This document shows, piece by piece, positions 28,756-35,453 of a stretch of 64,000 nt of DNA. This DNA comes from a virus. The translations under genes and the position numbers were made by a program. Numbering within the stretch: the stretch's first letter is position 1; the number at the start of each line of letters is the position of its first letter. The stretch is from IMG/VR virus record IMGVR_UViG_3300046501_000246; one strand, 5' to 3'. Under the pieces are notes generated by a model. That model made no database searches and was not told the DNA's origin. It worked only from the letters and a program-made list of their open reading frames with translations.

Positions 28756-29044
28756 GCTATCTACTTCAACTTCTCATTTGCGATTCGACATAAACCAAGA
28801 AAGTTTCTTTAGTTTTTCTATGCCGATTTCTTCGATAGCGACTTTAACCGCTTTGGTCAAAGCTACACAGAACTCGCTCTTATAAACTGTTTCGTCATCC
28901 ATGTCAAGTCTCCGTGGTCGTTTTGAAGAACTTTTCCAACACTAATGTTTCTGCGCTGAACGTGTCTTCGAATTTACGGACTGGTTTCTTTAAACCGCCA
29001 TCGTTAGGCATTGCTCTAAACATTAGTTTCTCCTTCAAAATTTA

Positions 29045-29277
29045 ACCAGAAAGTGTGCTGTTACGCCAAATTCTCTGAGGGTCTTACGTAGCATCTAAGG
29101 GGATTCTTGTCCATACCCTCCCCAAATTAATTCGAAGGCTTCGCCCGACGAACGTACCACGCAAACTGCGCTAATTCCTTCCCCTGTTGACCTATTCAGA
29201 CTGTGGACCAGAACTGACGTATTCAACTCGAAACTCTTTAAAAGATGGCTGCTTCTAGGCCAACTTCCTTAACTGGT
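29045..29277 (-). ncRNA. Structured RNA mimicking the 23S rRNA H43-H44 (uL11-binding) domain with a 166-nt insertion
   Basis: AGGAAGTTGGCCTAGAAGCAGCCATCTTTTAAAGAGT ... GCGTAACAGCACACT, closed by ACCAG/CTGGT. Confidence 0.8.
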
Positions 29278-29281
29278 ATTC

Positions 29282-29373
29282 TGGCAGAGGGCAAGGGATT
29301 CGAACCCTCGTACCGCGTTTCCACGGTAATCTCCTTAGCAGGGAGACGGTTTAAGCCACTCACCCAACCCTCT
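29282..29373 (-). tRNA. tRNA-Ser(GCT)
   Basis: TCTCC-CTGCTAA-GGAGA, long variable arm, G73 CCA. Confidence 0.95.
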
Positions 29374-29378
29374 AAATT

Positions 29379-29454
29379 TGGAGACGAGAGCCAGAATCGA
29401 ACTGGCGATTATCGGATTTGCAGTCCAACGCCTAAACCATTCAGCCTTCCCGTC
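29379..29454 (-). tRNA. tRNA-Cys(GCA)
   Basis: TTGGA-CTGCAAA-TCCGA, U73 CCA. Confidence 0.93.
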
Positions 29455-29461
29455 GTCTTAG

Positions 29462-30085
29462 TTAAATTACGCCAGCGCCGCCAGCAGCTTTAGCACGATC
29501 TTCATCACTGAATTCCGAAGCCCACATCAAGCCGCTATCAGCTGAAGCATACAAAGCACTACGGTTTGCTACTGACTTAAATGCTTTGCCGTAATTGCCC
29601 TTAGTCATATTGAGAGTTGAACCGCTCAATACACCTAGACCGCCACTCTGACCGAACGCGTCAAAATCAGCGCCGATAAAGACAACGTCATAATTCTTTG
29701 CCTTGAAATCGTCAATAGACTTTTTGGCATTTTCCATAGTAATTTCGCGGCTCGCATTTTCAAGGCCGTCAGTTACAACAACGATAGAAGCCTTCTTAGG
29801 AGCCTTCAGATAGATGGTCTGAGCCAGAGTGCCAATAGCGTCGAACAAAGGTGTCATCCCGCGTGGCAGAACTTCATTAGCAGCAATCGGAGTCCATTCC
29901 TTGATCTTCACTTCGGAACGAATAACTTTAAAAGGTTCCTGATTGTCAAAAACGGCAACTGTGATATCGCCCTTCTTAACACCATTTTCACTTAGTGCGG
30001 CGGCGTAAGCATTTACCGCGCCAATGGTTTCGGTCCAGTTAGCGGACATAGAACCGGAGCGGTCGATAAGAATATAAATCTTCAA
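29462..30085 (-). CDS. von Willebrand factor A domain protein
   Basis: LIDRSGSM MIDAS, GMTPLFDAIG, VVTDGLENASRE; TTG start outside tRNA-Ser. Confidence 0.85.
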   Translation of the reverse strand: MKIYILIDRSGSMSANWTETIGAVNAYAAALSENGVKKGDITVAVFDNQEPFKVIRSEVKIKEWTPIAANEVLPRGMTPLFDAIGTLAQTIYLKAPKKASIVVVTDGLENASREITMENAKKSIDDFKAKNYDVVFIGADFDAFGQSGGLGVLSGSTLNMTKGNYGKAFKSVANRSALYASADSGLMWASEFSDEDRAKAAGGAGVI

Positions 30086-30105
30086 TTTAGTTCTTTCTGT
30101 GTAAT

Positions 30106-30197
30106 TGGCGGAAGGGGTGGGATTCGAACCCACGGAACCCTTTCGGGTCCTTCGGTTTTCAAGACCGACGCATTCGGCCAGACTCTGCCACCCTTCC
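30106..30197 (-). tRNA. tRNA-Ser(TGA)
   Basis: TCGGT-CTTGAAA-ACCGA, long variable arm, CCA. Confidence 0.95.
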
Positions 30198-30238
30198 ATA
30201 AAAATTAGAGAGTTAAAAACTCTCTAATTCCTTTTTAA

Positions 30239-30472
30239 TTACTTACCTCTGGCGGCACGTTCAGCCATAGTCCTGTCAATGCCTTCCTGAACCGACTTAG
30301 CTTCGGCTTCAGCGGTAACGCCACGGTCAAACTTACAGACACCACGTTCTGTCTCTAGCTGATTGCGTGGAGCTTCACAGGTGGAGCGCTGACCCCAACC
30401 AGAACCAGCAAGTGCTGAACCGGCAGAAAGAGCGAGAGCGGCGGCGAATAGAATAGAAATAGTCTTTGTCAT
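30239..30472 (-). CDS. Small exported protein
   Basis: Signal peptide ending SALA; two Cys. Confidence 0.7.
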   Translation of the reverse strand: MTKTISILFAAALALSAGSALAGSGWGQRSTCEAPRNQLETERGVCKFDRGVTAEAEAKSVQEGIDRTMAERAARGK

Positions 30473-30530
30473 GTTTATTAACTCCGTTTTGTTTTGTTTA
30501 ATAAGTTATGAACCGTTCGTAACTTATAGT

Positions 30531-30612
30531 TGGAGCACTCCGCGAGACTCGAACTCGCATTTTCGTTCCAGTTAGCTTAGTCAGCGTTCGTAGCGCTGCG
30601 GCATAGGAGTGC
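30531..30612 (-). tRNA. Atypical D-armless tRNA-Arg(ACG)-like RNA
   Basis: Acceptor GCACTCC/GGAGTGC+TCCA; T-arm GCGAG-TTCGAGT-CTCGC; anticodon arm CAGCG-CTACGAA-CGCTG only 7 nt after the acceptor strand. Confidence 0.75.
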
Positions 30613-30615
30613 AGT

Positions 30616-30990
30616 TTACTCACCAATTCTCTTTGCGTCTCTAAGAAGGGTAAGTGTATCTATTTCTTGTGGTGAAAAATACTCATTAACAAGTTCAATC
30701 ACTACATCTTCATCATAATCCTTACAGCTAAAAATGTCAAGATAAAAATCTCCGTCACAATCGACAAAGTGACCTGTAATATTTGACGTTTCAATCATTT
30801 GGATAAAGGAAATGCCAGCTTTGATCGGATCATGCGTTGCGAAACGTTCGATCCAAATCGGGCCGTATTTGACCATATCAATCTTTTCGACAAGCTCATC
30901 CACGAACTTAGCGATGTGTTCCTTAGACGTTACGGCAGGAATAGAACCGGCTCTGGCGTCGATAACGATATGCTTGCCCCAATAGTTCAT
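30616..30990 (-). CDS. speD: S-adenosylmethionine decarboxylase proenzyme family protein
   Basis: GKHIVID, IETSNITGH autocleavage-site pattern, LDIFSCK. Confidence 0.85.
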   Translation of the reverse strand: MNYWGKHIVIDARAGSIPAVTSKEHIAKFVDELVEKIDMVKYGPIWIERFATHDPIKAGISFIQMIETSNITGHFVDCDGDFYLDIFSCKDYDEDVVIELVNEYFSPQEIDTLTLLRDAKRIGE

Positions 30991-31340
30991 TATAAATCTT
31001 CCTTGCACTCGGCCCAAGAAACTGGTTGGTTAGTGATCCATTTTTGATTAACGGGATCGTATTTCTTTCTAAATCCACCGGGATAAGAAGTTTCAATGCC
31101 GTTCTTATGTCTTAGTTTTAGATAATGAATTGCGTGATCGGTCTTTAATTTCTCTAAACCTTCTGGTGTAATTCTGTTATCATCGTCTACATCATTGATA
31201 TAATATTGACAAAGATAGTCATTGTAATGGATATTGGACCAATCGGTTAGGCCTATCACATCAATTAAATAATCTTCAAATTGCTCATTGGCTCTTTGAT
31301 AATCTTCTAAAATAATGCCAAACTTAAGCGGCTTCGACAT
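30990..31340 (-). CDS. Hypothetical protein
   Basis: ORF abutting speD. Confidence 0.6.
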   Translation of the reverse strand: MSKPLKFGIILEDYQRANEQFEDYLIDVIGLTDWSNIHYNDYLCQYYINDVDDDNRITPEGLEKLKTDHAIHYLKLRHKNGIETSYPGGFRKKYDPVNQKWITNQPVSWAECKEDL

Positions 31341-31548
31341 TCTCGACTTCTTCAATAAAACCTTGGCGCTTAGAGCCGAAAGGGTAGGTCTTGCCTAGAT
31401 TTAGATAAGGCTCGTAACGTTCGTAGCGAGGCTTGGCATAAGCAACAAACTCACCCTTGACCAAGCGGCCTTCTACGAGTTGATCCAACGGGTGGACCTT
31501 GTAGCCCTTTAGCTTGGCTTCGATGCGGCGTTCAGTCGTGAGGGTCAT
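31324..31548 (-). CDS. Hypothetical protein
   Basis: ORF in the operon upstream of speD. Confidence 0.55.
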   Translation of the reverse strand: MTLTTERRIEAKLKGYKVHPLDQLVEGRLVKGEFVAYAKPRYERYEPYLNLGKTYPFGSKRQGFIEEVENVEAA

Positions 31549-31621
31549 TTCTGTTACAGCAGGAGTAAGTGCTGATGGCGTAGTTGATTCCAAAATAAAT
31601 TTCCTTTTTATATTTTCTACT

Positions 31622-31697
31622 TGGCACGACGTTGCGGAACTCGAACCGCCTTCTTCAGTTTTGGAGACTGAGGTTTTACCTTATAAACTACCGCCGC
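31622..31697 (-). tRNA. tRNA-Trp(CCA)
   Basis: TCAGT-CTCCAAA-ACTGA, G73 CCA; weak acceptor and T stems. Confidence 0.8.
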
Positions 31698-31705
31698 AAA
31701 GAGTT

Positions 31706-31957
31706 TTAGAGTAGTGCTTCAATGGCATCGTGAACCATTTGATCCGCGCTCTGCTTTGAATTTGCATATTCTTCTAATGGATCAAGAAGTTCATATTCCC
31801 ATCCACTATTGCCTAATGGGCGCTTGCCGCTAAAGCTTTCACCTTCGTCCCATAACACAGATAGAAGAGTTACAAGATACTCACGAACCGTGGATGCACC
31901 AGCATCATTCTCTTCTGCATTTAATGGAAGCTCTAAAATTTCTTTGCCTGTTAACAC
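31706..31957 (-). CDS. Hypothetical phage protein
   Basis: LLSVLWDEGESFSGKRPLGNSGWEY; start moved out of tRNA-Phe. Confidence 0.65.
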   Translation of the reverse strand: MLTGKEILELPLNAEENDAGASTVREYLVTLLSVLWDEGESFSGKRPLGNSGWEYELLDPLEEYANSKQSADQMVHDAIEALL

Positions 31958-31981
31958 TTTAATACTTTCTACTTTTATAAT

Positions 31982-32057
31982 TGGTGCAGCTTCTTGGTTC
32001 CGCCCCAAGCTCTCTTATTCTTCAGACAAGCGCTTTCACTAGATTAGCTTAAGCTGC
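31982..32057 (-). tRNA. tRNA-Phe(GAA) with non-canonical T-loop
   Basis: CTTGT-CTGAAGA-ATAAG; T-arm CTTGG-GGCGGAA-CCAAG; CCA. Confidence 0.8.
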
Positions 32058-32062
32058 GAAAC

Positions 32063-32168
32063 TACTAGAAGGTCAAATGGTGGTCAATCCATTCGCGTTG
32101 CCTTCGTAGCAGGAAAGGGGCGCATGTCCAAGACCATTACAGGACAGAGAGGCCTTCTTTCTACTTTA
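32063..32168 (-). ncRNA. Candidate structured RNA (multi-way junction, kissing loops)
   Basis: Closing AGAAGG/CCTTCT; hairpins TGTCC/GGACA and AATGG/CCATT with complementary loops TGGTC/GACCA. Confidence 0.5.
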
Positions 32169-32171
32169 ATT

Positions 32172-32246
32172 TGGAGCGGGTGAATGGTATCGAGCCATCC
32201 TCTTTAGTTTGGAAAACTAAGGCCCATCCGTCTAGACCACACCAGC
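32172..32246 (-). tRNA. tRNA-Gly(TCC)
   Basis: TTAGT-TTTCCAA-ACTAA, U73 CCA. Confidence 0.88.
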
Positions 32247-32255
32247 ATATATTTA

Positions 32256-32369
32256 ATAGAACTATTGGCCTCTGGACCGTTACGGCGGTAATAGCTAATC
32301 TTTCCGTAAAGCAGAATAGTTCGCGCTATTCTTAAAGACTTCGAAGCATATCGTACCAATAGTTCTACA
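32256..32369 (-). ncRNA. Candidate structured RNA
   Basis: 12-bp closing stem TAGAACTATTGG/CCAATAGTTCTA; internal AGAATAG/CTATTCT and TTACGG/CCGTAA stems. Confidence 0.45.
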
Positions 32370-32376
32370 AAAGATA

Positions 32377-32452
<76 letters not shown>

Positions 32453-32465
32453 GTAGGAAAGACGC

Positions 32466-32792
32466 TTACGCGTCGATCCACTTAAACAATTCTTCCCTAG
32501 TGATTTGCTTATCACCGTACTTATTAACCATGGCAAGGACGCGAGGTACAATAATAACCACTAGCTTATTGCTGCTGTGGATTTTTACCTCGACAGACTT
32601 GTAAGCCCTGCCGTCTAGAAACGCGCGAGCTAAGAAAGTGGCTCGATTTTCATTTCTAACTTCCCATGTTCTGTGTTGTCTCAGGGACCAGAACGCGGGC
32701 TTATTTTTTGCTTTTTGCTTCCTCTCTTCGAAACGGATAATTTTTGCTTCTTCAGTGAGGTGCTTAGATTTAACTTTAAGTTCGATGCTCAT
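32466..32792 (-). CDS. Hypothetical basic phage protein
   Basis: LKVKSKHLTEEAKIIR..., RBS GGAG. Confidence 0.75.
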   Translation of the reverse strand: MSIELKVKSKHLTEEAKIIRFEERKQKAKNKPAFWSLRQHRTWEVRNENRATFLARAFLDGRAYKSVEVKIHSSNKLVVIIVPRVLAMVNKYGDKQITREELFKWIDA

Positions 32793-32930
32793 TTGTATTC
32801 TCCATTAGATTATTTTATTGCCGTTGTCAAGTGATTATTTGACGATTTAGGGCGGCGCTCTAATGGAAAGTATTAATGTTTTTTCAAGCTACGTATTATC
32901 GCCCATTTTAAATCCTTTATATGGGTAGTT

Positions 32931-33004
32931 TGGTGGGATTACCCGGAATCGAACCGAGGTAAAAGAGTTTAGAATTCCCTGCTCTGCCATTGAGCTATAA
33001 TCCC
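32931..33004 (-). tRNA. Amber suppressor-type tRNA (anticodon CTA)
   Basis: GGGATTA/TAATCCC acceptor, loop TTCTAAA, canonical T-arm, A73 CCA; weak anticodon stem. Confidence 0.8.
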
Positions 33005-33369
33005 TTTGTGACCGTACTTTCCGGCCTGTCTCCGACCCATCTTTTGTATACGCCTGTAACGGGCGCGACCCGCCCAACAACGCTTCGGGGACGATCTGAC
33101 ACATAATATGTGCTGTGGTTCAGACCCGATTCTTTAAACTTTCTATGTACTCTTTCAAAGCTCCACCTTTGAGTGGCGGGCCAGAAACTTGCTTGCCGTT
33201 TATAAATACGCTAACTGGCTTATCAACGGCTTTGATATGAAATGGAGCTATTGTAACTTTAGGCCAATCAATATTGTCGTTATCGTCCATAACATCCCCT
33301 TAAACTTTGGTCGAAGCTTCTCACTCCGCTGTCGATTGCTTGGCCCATCGATAATGCCGACCGTAAATT

Positions 33370-33449
33370 AGGTCTGAGTGGCAGGATTTGAACCTGCGAC
33401 CTTCCTCTTCATGTGGTGAGGACGCTCTAACCCGCTGAGCTACACCCAA
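33370..33449 (-). pseudogene. tRNA-like gene with 10-nt anticodon loop and CCT end
   Basis: Canonical D- and T-arms; TCCTC-ACCACATGAA-GAGGA. Confidence 0.65.
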
Positions 33450-33462
33450 GTCGTAAAATTAA

Positions 33463-33583
33463 GTTCGGGAACCTCGTAGGCGCGAGGCTTGCTGGACTAG
33501 CATAACGAGCTAGCCTAAGACCCGCTCCGATTACCAGCGACATCTGTCAACCGAATGTACAGTAGCCGATTTCTTCCCGAATT
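33463..33583 (-). ncRNA. Candidate structured RNA
   Basis: Closing TTCGGGAA/TTCCCGAA; internal hairpins CCTCG/CGAGG and GCTAGC/GCTAGT. Confidence 0.45.
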
Positions 33584-33590
33584 TGTTAAT

Positions 33591-33665
33591 TGGTCAGGGT
33601 GAAGTGACTCGAACACTTAACCTCTAGCTTCCAAAGCCAGCACTCCACCATTGAGCTACACCCTG
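33591..33665 (-). tRNA. tRNA-Pro(TGG)
   Basis: CTGGC-TTTGGAA-GCTAG, CCA. Confidence 0.95.
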
Positions 33666-33668
33666 TTA

Positions 33669-33764
33669 TTCTTTTATTGTGGGGCACCAGTACTTAACAA
33701 AATCGACTCGGATGCAGCGAGTTGAAGGTTAAGTTTGCACCCTGAGTGCCACCCAATAAAAGAA
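33669..33764 (-). ncRNA. Candidate rod-like RNA
   Basis: Long terminal stem TTCTTTTATTG..GGCAC / GTGCC..CAATAAAAGAA. Confidence 0.4.
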
Positions 33765-33837
33765 TGTTCTAGGTGAATGACAAAGCGAAGCGCGCTCGTT
33801 TCATCATTCTAAGGACGCCTAGCCGCCCATTCATTTT

Positions 33838-33975
33838 TTAGAACCCGTTCTGCCTAGCAATTTCCTTGATATCACAACGCGAGATACCAAGATCGGCAAG
33901 TTCCCTATTTGTCAAACGCTCAAGTTCGCGAATCGTCTGACGCTGCTTCTTCCACTTTGAGAAAAATTCGAACAT
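33838..33975 (-). CDS. DUF1127 (YjiS-like) small protein
   Basis: 45 aa MFEFFSKWKKQRQTIRELERLTNRELADLGISRCDIKEIARQNGF, with the RELxRLxxRELxDLGIxRxDI signature; RBS GAAGGA; missed by the ORF track. Confidence 0.85.
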   Translation of the reverse strand: MFEFFSKWKKQRQTIRELERLTNRELADLGISRCDIKEIARQNGF

Positions 33976-34360
33976 GTCATATCCTTCTAATGTTCTAGTT
34001 TTCTCCTCCACTTATAAGTGCCGGAATCTTTCCCGGCTGTCAGGGCACGCTTTGTATTCGACGGTTACGGACACTGAAACTAGTAATCAGCGCTCCCACG
34101 CACCTATCAGCCGAACGTTTTCCTTCAACGGCAACTGCAAATTAAATCACCAAAGGCATATTAAACTATCTGTAAAGAAAGGTGTTTACAGAGTGGAGCG
34201 GGACGATCCACATACGATGCTGGTTTTTGCGAAGAGCTTCCTCGCTACTAGCCAAGGTCTGTTTTGTCTAGATCGGTGTACGCCAATCAATCCCTCAAGA
34301 GCCCTTATTGCTGTGGTTCGAAACGTCGTACAACGTAACGGCTTACAGCTATGGTGAAAC

Positions 34361-34437
34361 TGGTATCAGTGACTGGATTTGAACCAATAACCTCTCCCTT
34401 ATCAAGGGAGTGCTCTAACCAATTGAGCTACACTGAC
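34361..34437 (-). tRNA. tRNA-Ile(GAT)
   Basis: CTCCC-TTGATAA-GGGAG, CCA. Confidence 0.96.
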
Positions 34438-34444
34438 TTAATAT

Positions 34445-34710
34445 GCTTGAAGGAAGGTTTATGACTAACCTTATTTAAGTGTGGCGGACAGTACGCGACA
34501 ACACCCTTCAATATTTCTGTTTTTAGACCACACACTCTAGCTTTCTTAACTAGTATGTTTCGCCGCTGTCGCGTCCGATCAGCTGACACCGCTATTAATC
34601 CCGGATTATCCGTTCATTTTTTAACTGACGTGCCGAATGTGAAGTCTAAAAACAGCACCTTGTTCCCTAACTTATCGACTTTTGATCTTGGTTTCAGGAG
34701 GTGCCGTATT
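34445..34710 (-). ncRNA. Candidate large pseudoknotted RNA
   Basis: 12-bp CTGTTTTTAGAC/GTCTAAAAACAG helix plus TTGAAGG/CCTTCAA, GCGACA/TGTCGC, CGGAC/GTCCG and GCACCT/AGGTGC. Confidence 0.55.
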
Positions 34711-34807
34711 GTTAAATTACTTAGTTTCAGAAGTCTTAGATGGTCTAACTTCTACGCCATTAATAAAAACAGCTACGTACTTAGTACCATCTGGATCTTT
34801 AATTTCT

Positions 34808-35011
34808 TTAGTCGTTACCACGTTCGATTTCTCCATAAAATTTCAGGAGAATAATGGTTCTTCCAGTCGGGTAGGGATAACCATCATCTCCATCTACATA
34901 TTCTCTTTCGATATTAATGTCCCTCACATTAACTCTCTTGCCGTCTAAAATAACATTAAAAGTTTTCACTTCATCTGGTTCGGTCGGCTCAGATTTAATA
35001 TAAAGATTCAT
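34808..35011 (-). CDS. Hypothetical protein
   Basis: ORF just downstream of tRNA-fMet. Confidence 0.5.
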   Translation of the reverse strand: MNLYIKSEPTEPDEVKTFNVILDGKRVNVRDINIEREYVDGDDGYPYPTGRTIILLKFYGEIERGND

Positions 35012-35026
35012 TACAGTCTCGTTATT

Positions 35027-35102
35027 TGGTTGCGGGTGCCAGATTTGAACTGGCGTCTCAAGGTTATGAGCCTAGCAAGGAACCTGACTCCTCCAACCCG
35101 CA
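35027..35102 (-). tRNA. tRNA-Met(CAT), initiator-like
   Basis: TGCGGGTTGGAGGAGTCAGG start, CTCATAA loop, CCA. Confidence 0.88.
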
Positions 35103-35128
35103 AAACTTTGTAATCATTTAATGCACGA

Positions 35129-35157
35129 ACTATAACACAGGTTTTTCGTTTTGTCAA
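35129..35157 (-). promoter_or_regulatory. Promoter of the tRNA cluster
   Basis: TTGACA-17 nt-TATAGT just upstream of tRNA-fMet. Confidence 0.8.
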
Positions 35158-35453
35158 GCATTAATTTTGTAATTTTTATTAAAATCTTTTTCAGGAACGA
35201 TTTCGAAGATGTTATCGGGGGCGAAAATTACGTAATCCCCTACTTTTACCGTTTCAGCTGATGCGTCTCCACAAGTAAATGAAACAAAGACTTTTTCATT
35301 TGACAGCACTGAATAATTCTCGGTAGGGAAATGAATTTGAAAATCAACGCAGCCACAATCATAATGCAGTTTTTCAATAATGGAAAGTGCGTTTGTGAAA
35401 TTAAATTGAGCCGCGTCTACATTTTGAGAAATTTTGGTGTAAGTCTTAATCAT
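35154..35453 (-). CDS. Phage protein, paralog family (GDYVIF...F..NY)
   Basis: Similar to 35450 and 35986 ORFs. Confidence 0.7.
   Translation of the reverse strand: MIKTYTKISQNVDAAQFNFTNALSIIEKLHYDCGCVDFQIHFPTENYSVLSNEKVFVSFTCGDASAETVKVGDYVIFAPDNIFEIVPEKDFNKNYKINA

Noticed and set aside
29045-29277. Host 23S rRNA gene fragment or contamination
   Set aside because: Only the ~55-nt GAC core matches; it is split by a structured insertion, and the flanks are phage tRNA and phage ORFs.
34230-34280. RNase P RNA (ACAGA..GGCT and GAGGAA words; similar words at 61425-61555)
   Set aside because: Motifs are in the wrong order and the other conserved regions are missing.
33990-34355. tmRNA (one- or two-piece)
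   Set aside because: No GGGGC 5' end, canonical T-arm plus CCA, or ANDN-type tag frame found.
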